Shown piece by piece: positions 35,326 through 47,873 of a DNA stretch of 64,000 nucleotides. Below the pieces are notes generated by a model. That model was not told the DNA's origin. It saw only the letters and a program-made list of their open reading frames with translations, and ran no database searches. The position numbers were made by a program, and so were the translations under genes. Source of the DNA: Dictyostelium discoideum (taxonomy: Eukaryota); contig CM000151.3 of the NCBI GenBank assembly GCA_000004695.1, positions 7,392,001 through 7,456,000 on the forward strand, read 5' to 3'. Position 1 is the stretch's first letter; every line of letters starts with the position of its first letter.

Positions 35326-37478
35326 ATGGTATCAGCAACATCAACCAATATTTATCAAACAAATTTTTCAGACTTTGATTCAATTAAAAAATCAATTCAA
35401 TCTCAAGTGTAAGTATTTATTATTTATTTATTTTTAAAAAATAGAAATTTTTATTAATTTTTTTTTTAATTAATAATATAATAATAAAATAATAGACAAT
35501 ATTATTTTAGTGAAGAAAATTTACGTAGAGATATTCATCTTAGATGTAATATGGATGAAGAAGGATGGGTATCAATTCCATTTATTTGTGGATTTAATAG
35601 AATGAGATCATTTGAAAGTTCAACTGTTATTGAAACATTAAAATCATTAAATTCATTAGAATTGGATTTACAAAATAATAGAGTTAGAATATTGGATAAT
35701 AGTAAAAGAAAACTTTGGATTTTAACTCAAGAAATGAAAGATGGATTTTTAGTTGGTATTGAACAACAACAACAAGCTCAATCAAGTGAAGAATCTGGTT
35801 GGGTAACAGTAAAGTCTAAAAAACTTTATAAATTAGAGAATGGTTCTACTTCAAAAGATTCATTATCAAATTTATTGAATCAACATGAAAATGATACTGA
35901 AATCATTAAACAACACAAAACTGAAGAAGGTTTCTTTGATTTAAGTGGTGATGAAGATGATAAACAAGATTTTTTCATAAAAGAAAGAAGAAATTTCGAT
36001 TATAGAAATATTGAACAAGAACAACAAGATTTTGAAAATGAACAACAACAAGAAGATGAAGATGAAGATGATCAACAACAACAACAACAACAAATTGAAG
36101 AAGTTGAAGAGGAAGAACAATTGTTTGGTAGTTATTCTGAAAAATCTGAAGATAATTTTAATGATGATGATCAAGATTATGAAAATAGTGAAGAAGATGA
36201 TGATATTTCAAATAAATTAATCATTGTTACTCAATCACCATTCAGAAAGAATAAAATTAATAGTAAAAAGTATATTAATGCTGATTTGGCAAGTGCAATC
36301 AATGATGGTCTTTATTTCTATGAACAAGATTTAAAAAGAAATAAACAAACAAAATATCAACAATTTAATACTATCATTGTTGAAGAATCAAAACTTTCTA
36401 AGCAATCAATTCAACAAAAATCATCAACTCAACAACAACCACCACCATTACAAAAACAACAACAACCACAACCACAACCACAACCACAACCACAACCACA
36501 ACCACAAAAACAAAAATTACAACAACAACCATCAAATAAATTAAATGATTTGAAATCTCCAACTAGACTCTATTCACCAAAACCAAAGAATACAAGTGGT
36601 AATAAAGTTAATGATGGTAGTACTCCTATTGGTTGGGTTATGGCACCAAATTCTGAACCTCCATCACCAATTTCAAATAGTCCATTGAATGCATCACCAA
36701 ATTCTGTTTCAAATAATAAATCTATTGAAACTAAATCCTCTAATAGTAAACCAATAACTAATAGTAATAATAATAATAATAATAGTTATGCATCAATTGT
36801 TAATTCAAAATCTAATAGTAATAATAGTTTATTATCATCATCAATTAAGTCTAATAATTCATCAATTGATGGTAATGGTGATTTCGAAAAACAACCAAGT
36901 CCATTCCCATACTTTCAACATCCATCATATGAATTACTATCAGAGAATGGATTTGTTCAACATAAATACAACAAATATCGTAGTAAATGTATGAAAGATC
37001 GTGAACGTTTCGGTGTTGGTCAATCAATGGAAATGAATACCTTGTTTAGATTTTGGTCACATTTCCTTCGTTCTCATTTCAACATTAAAATGTATGAAGA
37101 GTTTAAGACCATCGCTTTAGAGGACGCAAAACAAAATTGGAGATATGGTTTAGAATGCCTTTTTAGATTCTATTCCTATGGTTTGGAAAAGAAAATCAAA
37201 TTACTCTTATTGAATGATTTCCAAACATTAACACTTCAAGATTTCAATGAACAAAAACAAATCTATGGTGTTGAAAAGTTTTGGGCTTTCCAAAAGTATG
37301 GTAAAGATAAATCTCCTTATGATTTAAATCCAGAATTAAAACAAATCCTCTCCAAATTTAATTCTGTCGAAGATTTCCGTACTTATGAAAGAGTTAATAA
37401 ACCAATTATCTCTTTAAATCAAATTAAAACTTCATCATCATTGATTTCATCATCACCAAAGGTATCATCATCTTTACC

Positions 37479-37510
<32 letters not shown>

Positions 37511-37758
37511 CCTCATCATCATCATCAAATCATAAATCATCATCACCATCATCATCATCATCATCATTTAGTTCCAACTCTCATTCTACCTCTTTTGGTA
37601 GTAGAAAAAAATCATTTGGTTCAAGTTCGACCACAATGGCTTGGAATACAAGATCAACCATTCAAACTACTCCACATCAATCAAGCAATACCAACAATGC
37701 TAGTGGAGTAGTTGGTTCTTCAAGTGCCAAGACATATTTTGTTAAAAATGGAATGTAA
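35326..37758 (+). CDS. LARP1-like La-related protein (La motif near the N-terminus, C-terminal DM15/LARP1 repeats); join(35326..35408,35511..37758)
   Basis: Exon 1 reads [27 protein letters not shown], followed by a GTAAGT donor. Exon 2 reads [34 protein letters not shown] (La motif). The C-terminal [94 protein letters not shown] matches the LARP1 DM15 region nearly residue for residue. Confidence 0.75.
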
Positions 37759-38262
37759 GGCTTTTCCAACCTCTTTCCAATCCACTTGGAAAGACTTGAG
37801 TTGGAATCAACAAAAACAACTAAATCTTGATAATATGACAACTAAAATGATGATAAACAAAACACAACCAAATACACACCACACCAAAGATGATACTAAA
37901 AACCAAAATACAAAAACTCACTACCACCAACACCACCAAAAAATAAAAAAAGAAGAAAAACAAAAAAAATATTTGTCTATAAAAATAAAAATAAAAATAA
38001 AAGTTCTGTTCAAAAAAAAAAAAAAAAAAAAACGTTAAAAATAAAATTGTCTTTGAATATTCCTACCTATTTTATTTGTTTCATACTAACACCATTTGTC
38101 ACATTTTAATCAACGAGTAAACGCCAAAAAACAACGGTTTTCTCTAATTATTTAACACTTTTGTTATTGGAAATCGATTCCCACCAACTCTGGAATATTC
38201 CAATTTTAAAAAAAAAATTAACCAAACATGGGTTTTGGCTAAATTTAAAAAAATTTCAAGAT

Positions 38263-38358
38263 GGGGATGTAGCTCATATGGTAGAGCGTATGGTTTGCAT
38301 AAACAGCAACGATAATCAGAGTTCCATAAGGTAAAGGGATCGATACCCTTCTTCTCCA
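38263..38358 (+). tRNA. tRNA-Ala(UGC)-like gene with a ~23-nt intron 3' of the anticodon; G3:U70 present; weak T-loop (possible pseudogene)
   Basis: GGGGATGTAGCTCATATGGTAGAGCG / TATGG-TTTGCA-[intron]-T-CCATA / AGGTA / AAGGG-ATCGATA-CCCTT / CTTCTCC-A compares with human tRNA-Ala-TGC GGGGATGTAGCTCAGTGGTAGAGCGCATGCTTTGCATGTATG... An ex-B box GGTTCGATTCC lies at 38383-38393, about 25 bp downstream. Confidence 0.5.
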
Positions 38359-38382
38359 AAATTTTCTTCATGAAAACGATTA

Positions 38383-38393
38383 TCAATGGTTCG
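38383..38393 (+). promoter_or_regulatory. External B box (ex-B) downstream of the tRNA gene; a TFIIIC site typical of Dictyostelium tRNA loci
   Basis: There is an exact GGTTCGATTCC match to the B-box consensus about 25 bp 3' of the tRNA-Ala copy. A matching copy (GGAGAATCGAACC on +) lies at 42500-42512 next to the inverted tRNA copy. Confidence 0.5.
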
Positions 38394-38428
38394 ATTCCCT
38401 TAAAAGTGTCAATAACCTCACAAGAATC

Positions 38429-41400
38429 TTGGAAAGGAGACTAGACAGAATATACCTTAACAATAGCATAATCAACTACAGCCAATTATACTTAAGGAAC
38501 CTAATCCCCCCAAAAATTAATGACATACCTCTATCAGATCACAACTTCCTATCAACCACCTTCACTCTACCCAACATACAGATGAACAGGCGCAGATGGA
38601 GATTAAAAAAATCCTCAATCCTCTCAAGCATAATGCTTAAGAAAATAGACTTCCTACTTAACGATTATTCAAGGGAGCTGTCATCCAACCATAACTCTAT
38701 TTCCTTCTCTCAACTCAACAGCTTACTAAACAAAATAAAACAACTATACACAGAATTTCAAAAACAAAATGACTACAACAATAAGGCAAACATCAAAAAT
38801 CTAATCTCCCTACTAGAGACAGAATTTAAAGACCAAGCCTTCGCAACCCTTTCAGCAATAAATGAATCTAAAAAAAGAGAAGAACAACTTAAACAAGAAT
38901 TGAACAACTATTGCGAAGAAACCTCACTCAAGTACATCTCCGCGAGAATCAAGAAAAGACACAATGATTTCACCATCAACGCAGTAAAAGATGCACAAGG
39001 TAGAACAATCAACAAACAGGAATTGATCGAAGAAGAATACGTAAAATATTACTCAAATCTTTATGACTACAAAGAAGATGACGCACCATCTCATTATGAA
39101 ATGTTGGAAAATTGGACAGTGACCAGGGACTCAACATGGGACAACCTTGAAAATTGAATTTCACAACACAAGAGATCCTAGAAGGTATTAAAACAAATTG
39201 AACCCACACAAATCTCCAGGCCCAGATGGAATTCCAAACTTATTCTACATAACACACAAAGAAAAACTAGCTCCAATACTGGCCTCAGCATTCAACGACA
39301 CTTTAAGAAATCCTCATCTAATTAGCAAAAATTACAAAGAAGGCCTCATTATCACGATACCTAAAAAGGGAGACCCCGAACTAATCAAAAACAGAAGACC
39401 AATTACACTGGCTAACTGTATATATAAAATCCACTCAAAACTAATAAACAATAGAATAATCCCAATACTAACGAAAGTGATCAACCACAATCAAAAAGGT
39501 TTCGTACCAGGCAGATTCATTATAGATAATATCATATCAATGAACGAATTAATCAACTATTGTAATGATAAAAGAATTAACGGAATAATTACACTATATG
39601 ATTTCGAAAAAGCTTTTGACTCGATTTCACACGGTTCAATACTCAGATCACTACAACACATCAACATTCCAACCAATATAATCAACCTGATAATGAATCT
39701 ACTCACCAAATCTGAAGCAAGAATTGAAATTAATGGTAGAACTACTATACCCTTTGAGATCAAAAGAGGAGTCAAACAAGGAGATCCACTATCACCCACC
39801 CTGTTCGTCCTTGTAATAGAGGCTTTAGCTAGAAAAATTTTACAAGATGACCGAATTACTGGCCTTCCTCTAAACAACAGCAACCACAGAGAGAAATTCC
39901 AAAGCTTTGCAGACGACTCGGCTTCAATGGTCCCAGACTCTCAACAACTTGAATTAGTACTACAACACTTCAATTCATTTTGCAAAGCCACTTCCTCAAA
40001 ACTAAACATCGACAAATCTTCATCAATTCTTATAGGCAACCCAGACAATACCAACCAAAGAATACCAATATCTACAAATCCAGAAAGATACTTGGGATAC
40101 TTCTTCACAGGCAAAGGGATAACAAGAAAAATGCCAGAAATATTAAACACAATAAGATCATCCTTAGTACTATGGAAAACCACTGACTCAACAATCAAAA
40201 CCAAAACCAACATCCTCAAAGCATTCGCACTCTCTAAATTAACCTACTATTCATATGTAGAGAACTTTAAGGAAGAGGAATTAAACCAAATCAATAAATT
40301 GGTCGAATGGTTTTTATCGGCACCTAACAACAAAAATGCTAGTGGATTTCAAGTTATTAATTTAATGAGAACCAAAAGAGCAAGATACCCACTAAATGTA
40401 GGGGGCTGGAACATTTGGAATATAGAATTGAGACAACTGGCGCAGAAACTTTGGATCATAAACCAGTTCATCCTAGCACTAGAAACCAAACAAACAAACT
40501 CATCTCATCACAAAAGCTGGGAATATCAGATCCAAAAAAACAAATTCACATCCAGATACCTAAAAGAAAACTTAGACGAATGGAACAAAATAAGAATAAA
40601 AAAAGCAATCTTCAACAATAATCTCACATCCATAAAAAACGAAAATGGACGACCACTTTCACTGGCAGAATGGTATACCACAATTCAAGACCAAAATCCA
40701 ACCATCCCTAAAACGGAATTCCAATCATCTCTAAACTTAAGAGGCTACAGCTATAATCAACTCTTCAACAACATACTGAAGATAAAAGACCCTAAAACAA
40801 GAGACACAATGTTTAGATTCCATGCCAGATGCCTTCCAATAAACTACCTTCACAACAAACAATGCCCACTCTGCAAAGAAGATATGAGCAAAGACCCATA
40901 CGGTCACCTGTTCTTCTCATGCAAGAAAACAAAACAATTCATAAAAATAAATAAACTCAAAAATTTCATCTATATTACCACAGGCAAAGGTAAAAACTGG
41001 CACCATACAAGAATTAGGCAAAATAACAATTTCATTAATAGAATAACTCCAAAATTATCACCGATAGCCAAAAAAGATCAAGAAGTGAATGCAGATTACG
41101 CCAACCTCAGATTCCACAAAGAATACTTTGAATGGAACTATAAAGCAATAGACTATGATCTAACTAGATCATTCGCATATAGAAACCTAATGGCCCTTAT
41201 CCTCCACAACATTTGGATTTGGATTTGCAATCAAATATACAGTGAAGATCCTTTAACAGATGAATCACTATCATACAGCTCCCTTCTAAAGAAATGGCAC
41301 AAATTGGCCACTCTAGAATACATCAAAAAAGCAAAAGATCTGAAAAACTTATCAGCAAAAGACCATAATAACTTCAAAGATCCTAAGATCCTTCTCACTT

Positions 41401-41589
41401 CAACGATCAAGCTAAGAAAAACAACAGCTAATTACTATTGTATTCCAGAATCATCTCTCCCAAATATTATATCTTTTGATCAATTCATATGATTAAAATA
41501 ACCCTTCAGCTTAAATGATAAGCCTATAAATAAATATTAAATAAAACTCGTATTAACACAGATGGACATATATCAATCTTGTTAATCTA

Positions 41590-41623
<34 letters not shown>
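38429..41623 (+). mobile_element. 5'-truncated TRE-type (tRNA-gene-targeted) non-LTR retrotransposon: end of the APE endonuclease domain, RT domain, C-terminal Cys/His zinc-finger region, 3' UTR and poly(A) tail. A frameshift lies between 39157 and 39198.
   Basis: ORF 38429..39157 carries ...IPLSDHNFLST... (the terminal SDH motif of the APE endonuclease). ORF 39198..41492 carries the RT motifs NRRPITLANCIYKI, FVPGRFIIDNI, ITLYDFEKAFDSISHGSI, GVKQGDPLSPTLFVLVIEAL and SFADDSA. The C-terminal region reads CPLCKEDMSKDPYGHLFFSCKKT. The poly(A) tail is at 41596-41623. The element starts about 65 bp downstream of tRNA-Ala. Confidence 0.7.
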
Positions 41624-41625
<2 letters not shown>

Positions 41626-42538
41626 AAACTCAACCTTATAAATTGAAAAACTTAACTTAACTGTATCCTCTCAAGTTGAGTGGCGATTGAAATTCAGTCT
41701 TTGAAATGTTTGTGTATGTTTTGTGAATTTCGTCATACTATTCCGCTAATGATCATCCAAAGTTTCTGAAAATGTAGAAACCATGTAAAAAGTAGTCCTG
41801 TTTGAATTTGGAGTTGACTGTTTTTTTAAATATCAGCTGGTATTTTAAATTTAGAATAAAATAAATTCATCAAACGATATTAAATTTGGCAGCATTGATT
41901 CTGGAATTTTATTAGACCAGTGTTTTTCCATTAAACAATAATTAAATGTTTAATTATATTAATTTTAATTTTAAAATAAAAGGAATTTTTATAATTATTA
42001 TTTATTCATTTTAATTATTTTTTTTTTTTTAATGTACTAAATGGATAAATAAAATATTGAAATTGTAGTTAATGAAATAAATTGTTTCAAGAATACTATT
42101 TGGGAGACCCAGATTCTGCAACACAATAAGCTTTGCAAGTTAATTTTCTTAATATATTTTATTAAGGAAATAGTTTGGATCTTTAAAATTGCTTGGATGT
42201 TTTGAAATAGATAGTTTTAAATTGTTTGAATTTTATATATTCATGAGTGTTTATTTTTTTATCCTTTTGTTAAGGAGAGTTCGATATGAAATTATTCATC
42301 TCTAAATGGTCATTCAATATACAGTTGGTTGCAATTCCAAACTCATTTGATATGAATTATTAAGGCCATTATGTTTAATATGAGGTTCGGGATAGGTCAT
42401 AGTTAACAATTTTTTACCCTATTCCGAGTATTCTTTGTGGAATCTAAGATCCTATGGTAACTCATGACCTTATCGATTAAATTCAATCTAATAAATGGAG
42501 AATCGAACCATTGATCACCGTTTTCAGGACAAAAATTT

Positions 42539-42634
42539 TGGAGAAGAAGGGTATCGATCCCTTTACCTTATGGAACTCTGATTATCGTTGCTGTTTATGC
42601 AAACCATACGCTCTACCATATGAGCTACATCCCC
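42539..42634 (-). tRNA. Second, inverted copy of the intron-containing tRNA-Ala(UGC)-like gene
   Basis: It is the exact reverse complement of 38263-38358. Confidence 0.5.
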
Positions 42635-43170
42635 ATCTTGAAATATTTTTAAAATTAGCCAAAAACCATCTTTAGTAAATTTTTTTTTAAAATAAGCCAA
42701 AAACGAATTATTCCAGAGTTGGTGGTCGATCTCCAATAACAAAAGTGTTAAATAATTAGAGAAAACCGTTGTTTTTTGGCGTTCCAATACCAAAATTGTT
42801 AAATAATTAGAGAAAACCGTTGTTTTTTTTGCTTGTTCTATTGTGGGTATCGTATTGATGTGGGTTTGATTTTTTGTCCCAGACCAATAGTATGGCCCCT
42901 GTCTCCTCCCCAAGTAAAAGTGATATAAGCTATTCATATTAAATTTTTATTTGTTTTTTATAATATTTAGTGAGTTTTAAATAAAAAGATTTTAAATTAT
43001 AAAAATAGATTAAATTATTAAATTATAAAATTAAGATTTAAATTAATATGACAAAAGTTATTAAAAATAAATATACGATTAAATCTTTTTTTTTTTTGAA
43101 TTGGATAACGCAATTATTATTTGCTTCTCCTTGAGATGCTAGATCTCATTTTATTTTATTTTTTTTTTTT

Positions 43171-43511
43171 TTACAGGGTCTCTAAAAGAGGGGTTAGTTT
43201 ACTTTTTTTTTTTTTTTTTTTTTTTTGTTTCGAATTTTGAATTGTATTATTACTTTTGATTAAAACATCTTTTTTGTCCAAACTTTTTTCTAAATCTTTT
43301 TTTATTTTATCGTCTGGTTCGTGATTGATGTTTATGACGTATTTGAATTGTTTTTTTTTTAATTGAGTTTTATCCACAATTTCGCTTATTTTTTGTAGGC
43401 ATTTGTGTTGCTTAATATTTGTGGTGTTGTTTGTGATTTTCATTTTATTTTCCTTCTATTTTTTTTATTTTTAAAAATCTGGAAATTTTCTGATTAACTT
43501 GGGGTTCCCAG

Positions 43512-43554
<43 letters not shown>

Positions 43555-43620
43555 TCTTTTTTATATGAAAAATGAAATAATCAAAAAAAGAGATTGTTGT
43601 TGTTTGTTTTTTTTTCGATC
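43171..43620 (-). mobile_element. Possible 5' fragment of a TRE5-type element (ORF1 start MKITNNTTNIKQHKCLQ...) pointing away from tRNA-Val. Its inferred 5' end is about 50 bp upstream of the tRNA.
   Basis: A 90-aa minus-strand ORF begins 225 bp upstream of tRNA-Val. TRE5 elements are known to insert about 48 bp upstream of tRNA genes. No homology could be checked. Confidence 0.25.
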
Positions 43621-43670
43621 TATACGATTAAATCTAAAACGTAGCTAAATAATTTGGAAAATATCGATTA

Positions 43671-43744
43671 GTTCGGATGGTGTAGTCGGTTATCACGAAT
43701 CCTTAACACGGATTAGGTCGTGGGTTCGATTCCCGCTCTGAATA
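43671..43744 (+). tRNA. tRNA-Val(AAC)
   Basis: Cloverleaf: GTTCGGA-TG-GTGT-AGTCGGTTA-TCAC-G-AATCC-TTAACAC-GGATT-AGGTC-GTGGG-TTCGATT-CCCGC-TCTGAAT-A. The D arm and anticodon arm are near-identical to metazoan tRNA-Val-AAC. The T-loop is canonical TTCGATT. Pair 1:72 is G:U. Confidence 0.75.
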
Positions 43745-43764
43745 CTCTTTTATGAAAAAGTAAA

Positions 43765-45461
43765 GTGTCGTGGGTTTTTAGTTTTGAGGTTGATGGCATA
43801 CCAAAAACGATAGTAGAATTAATAATGAATCTATTAAAAGAAACAACGAATAAGATCAAGATAAATGACTTCCTGGTGGGACACATTACAGTTAACAGAG
43901 GCACAAAACAAGGAGATCCATTATCACCAACAATATTTGCACTTGTAATGGAAGCACTACTAATTGATATACTTAAAGAAATCGAAATTAAAGGATTTAA
44001 ATTATCAGACCAGAAAAGAATCAAGCTAACAGCATTCGCAGATGATATGTCAACTTTCAACAACTCAGCAGAAGAATTAAAATTAGTATTGGATAAAATC
44101 AACAACTACTGTCTAGGTACATCTTCAAAACTTAATCAAGAGAAAACTGTTATGATATGCATTGGTAATATACCACCAAACCTCCCATTTAAGATTAGTG
44201 AAGCTCCAGAAAGATACTTGGGTCTCAATTTCACGAAAGTGGGCCTCAATTCAAAAATCACATCAATCATCAACTCAATCAAAGATAGCTTAAACAATTG
44301 GAAAAGTCAAGCAACTACAATAAGAGCAAAGATGACAATTGTCAAAACATATGCGCTATCGAGATTATCCTACCATCAATATCTAGACTCACTAAATGAA
44401 TCACACATTACTGAACTAAACAATATCATTAAATGGTTCCTCTTCTCCGCAATTAAAAATACATACACAGAAGAACATAAATATAGAACATTAATGACAA
44501 TGGATAGAGCATACGGTGATTGGAAAGAAGGTGGAATTAAGATGTGGGACTTAGGTATCAGACAAATAGCATTCAAAGTTTGGAACATGAATAGATTATT
44601 ACACATTATCAAGATAAAAGCATGCAACATACTACAAGAATGGTATATGGAACAAATCAGCAACAGCAAATATATATCAATTGGATTAAGAGAGATGGTA
44701 GACAGATGGAAAGATTTTAGAAACAACTTTGCACCACAACACAATAAACTAAAATCACTACCTGATTGTATCAAAGGTCAAAACAAAAAGCCACTTCAAC
44801 TTAAAGAAATCTATAACATGTTAATCACTCACAAATACAAATCAATAAGAAAAACAGATGGACAAAAAAATCTAATTTCAATAAATAACATCAACATACC
44901 ATCCATCTTCCAACATATCAACCACATATCACATCAAAAAGGTAGAAATACACTATTCAGATTTTTCTCAAGGTCACTTCCTGGAATCAACTATGAACGT
45001 AACGTACCATGCAAAATCTGTAACAATATAATCCGTGACCCATACACTCACCTTTTTATAGACTGTATGCAAGTAAAAGAAATAGAAAACATAATAATTT
45101 CAACATTCAACAATCTCTCATTCTTCAAGATCAGAAATTGGGATCTCAATTCACTAGATATTAGCAAAACAAATAAAAAAGAAAGAATCTACCCAAATTT
45201 AATCGGCATAATTATACATCAACTATGGAGAATAATTTGTCACAAACTATTCAATCAAGACGAATCTAAAACTCCACCCTCATTTGATCCAACATTAATT
45301 GAAAAAGAACTAACCAACTTAATTAAAATAGAGAAATTCATTTTAATAAAGAAGATTGAAAGGAATGAAACAATATACAAATTAAATAACAGAGACCAAT
45401 TAATAATCAACTTCAACACATCATGGCATAACCCGAACACTCCAAACCCAATTCCACTATA

Positions 45462-45500
<39 letters not shown>
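43765..45500 (+). mobile_element. 5'-truncated TRE-type non-LTR retrotransposon (second RT-family member) starting about 20 bp downstream of tRNA-Val; ends in poly(A)
   Basis: ORF 43765..45462 carries GTKQGDPLSPTIFALVMEALL, LTAFADDMSTF and the C-terminal zinc-finger region CKICNNIIRDPYTHLFIDC. The poly(A) tail is at 45463-45500. Confidence 0.7.
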
Positions 45501-45619
45501 AAGTAGTAGTAATCATAATATAACCAAAAATATCAACATATAACAATATAAAAATTTAAAAATTTAAAAATCTAAAAATTTAAAAATGTAATAAAATATA
45601 ACAATACACCGCTTTTAGG

Positions 45620-46267
45620 TAAAAAAAAAAAAAAAAAAGTTTTGAGGTTGATTAATTCATTGATGTTGATGATGTCGGTGAGATACAACACAGCAATACC
45701 CAAAGTATTCATAAACATCAACAGCATTTCTCACCAAAAAGGTAGAAACACCCTCTTCAGATTCTTCTCAAGATCACTTCCAGGTATCAACCACGAAAGA
45801 GACACCAGATGCAAGATCTGTGGCCACCTATTCAGAGACCCTTATTCTCACCTCTTCACTCTATGCCAAGATATCCTTGATATTGAAAAAACCATCATAT
45901 CAACAGTTAACAAATTATCATTCATCAAAATCCACAGATGGTCAATGGATACCTTAGACATATCAAAATACAACAGAACTGAGAGAATCTTCCCCAATCT
46001 CATAGGAATAATAGCACACCAATTATGGAAGATAATCTGTCACAAATTGTTCAACACTGATGAAAGCAAACCAGAGCCAAAATTCGAACAAAAGGTCATA
46101 GAAACAGAATTACTAAATCTCATCGAAACTGAAAAATTCATCACACTAAAGAAAATCAAACACGACGAAGCAATACTAAAAAACACCAATCAAGATCTTC
46201 ACAAATACAAATTCAACAAAGCCTGGCAAACCCCAGCAGCTCCGAACCCTCTTCCAATTTAAGTAGT

Positions 46268-46320
<53 letters not shown>
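45620..46320 (+). mobile_element. Short 3' fragment of another TRE-type element of the same family as 43765..45500, with poly(A)
   Basis: ORF 45642..46262 is about 80% identical at the protein level to the C-terminus of the preceding element (ISHQKGRNTLFRFFSRSLPGIN...CKIC...PYSHLF...IGIIAHQLWKIICHKLFN). A poly(A) run lies at 46268-46320. Confidence 0.7.
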
Positions 46321-46326
<6 letters not shown>

Positions 46327-46439
46327 TATAATATAGTTTAAAAAATTTAATACAATTGAATAATAAAAATAAAACCGTTTAACAAACACAGCCGAAAAGA
46401 CACAAGGACATTCCTTGAAGGTCTGATCACAGGTAAAAA

Positions 46440-47340
46440 AAAAAAAAAAAAATTGATGTTGATGATGTTGTCTATGATGAATCTGTGGGGTACGAAACCA
46501 GTTTGGTTGTTGTTGATGATGAAAGGAAGTATTCTCAGAAGACGTGCATTTATTACTTTTGAGGATCTTGTAATCAGTGTTTAGAAGTGTGATGGGACGA
46601 CGATTTGATATGAGTAAGGGGTTGCCTTTCTTATATATTGTGTGTATAAGACCTTCGGTGAATTCTGTTGTGATGTGGTGAGGGTTTTCTAGTATATCGT
46701 TGAATAATGTAGTGAGAATTGGTTTAACTTGGTTTAAATGATTAATGTAGAATGTATTTGTAACGCCACCTGGACGGGGTGATTTGTTGGAGTTACAGGT
46801 TTTAATTGCAGCTTCAACTTCATCTTGTATAAATGGTGAGTCTAAACCATTCCAATAATCATTTTTAATGATGGGCCATGTGTTTAGCATGTATTGGTGA
46901 GTAATTGGACAACATATTTGTAAGGTATATAGATTTGTGTAGAATTCAACAAACGCATTTTCAATTTGGTCGGGGTCGGATGTAATGATGTTACCATATT
47001 GGATTGATTCAATTTTTGCATCTTTTGATCTTTTGTTTAGTATTGCTGATAGATACTTGCTAGGTATTTCTCCATTTATATGTTTTTTTAATATGTTTGT
47101 GTGGTTTTGATGTAGTTTGTTTTTGTTACATATAATATTGTATTCAGGGATGCATTGTCCTTCAAGATGTTTGAATTTTGCTGCTTTTTCTAATAGTATT
47201 TGTTTTGCACGTTGAGTTTGTTTGTCTTTGTTATATTGATAGTTTTTTAGAGTTTTAATAATTTTAGATTTTACTTTTGACCAATTTGTAAATTGATTGA
47301 TTGATGTGTTATTGTGATAATATTCCACTACCACCAACAC
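46440..47340 (-). mobile_element. Minus-strand fragment of a TRE-type non-LTR element (post-endonuclease linker plus the start of the RT domain), truncated
   Basis: ORF 46213..47340 (-) carries ...FYINHLNQVKPILTTLFNDILENPHHITTEFTEGLIHTIYKKGNPLLISNRRPITLLNTDYKIL. This parallels YITHKEKLAPILASAFNDTLRNPHLISKNYKEGLIITIPKKGDPELIKNRRPITLANCIYKI in element 38429. Confidence 0.6.
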
Positions 47341-47518
47341 TCAAAGAAATCTACTCGACAATACTCAACAATCACAATGTAAATCAAAGACTATAAAGGC
47401 AAGAAATATACAGATCTACTCCTTCGCACCAACAATCAATACAACTATTATGGAAATACACATGCACCAACTATTTGTCAAAATTCAAAAATTAAAAGAT
47501 CCATAAGGCCGTGATACA

Positions 47519-47800
47519 ATGCAAAGATTCCATGCTAGATGTCTTCCAATTAATCATCTACACAACAAAGTTTGCCCCATTTGCAACAATGAAATGAATA
47601 ATGATCCCTATGGCCATTTGTTTTTCAATTGTCAGTACACAATCAATTTCATAAACCATGACAAATTAAAATATTTTATATATAAAAATTGCAATGGAAA
47701 CAAAAACTGGTCATTAACAAAAAACAAAACAACAAAATTATCAAATTTTAGAGTATTAATTTATATAAAAAAAACTTTTGTTTTAAAAGTCGATTATTAA
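47519..47800 (+). mobile_element. Small fragment of the C-terminal zinc-finger region of a TRE-type ORF2
   Basis: MQRFHARCLPINHLHNKVCPICNNEMNNDPYGHLFFNCQ compares with MFRFHARCLPINYLHNKQCPLCKEDMSKDPYGHLFFSCK at about 40810. Confidence 0.6.
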
Positions 47801-47873
47801 AAAAAAAAAAAAACATAAATGATTATACCTTGGAAAAAAAAAAAATAAAAAAAAGATGTACAAATCTATGGTT

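Larger units (their letters stand above)
38115..38420. repeat. Left copy of a ~300-bp inverted repeat carrying tRNA-Ala plus flanks. Its partner is 42480-42830 in reverse orientation, with an internal 40-bp tandem duplication.
   Basis: The reverse complement of 42480-42790 matches 38115-38420 almost base for base. For example, 'aaaaaacaacggttttctctaattatttaacacttttgttattgga' appears in both. Confidence 0.8.

Noticed and set aside
38144-38386. 80-aa minus ORF and the 124-aa minus ORF at 42563..42937
   Set aside because: They run across the tRNA-Ala / ex-B inverted repeat and its flanks. They are non-coding repeat sequence.
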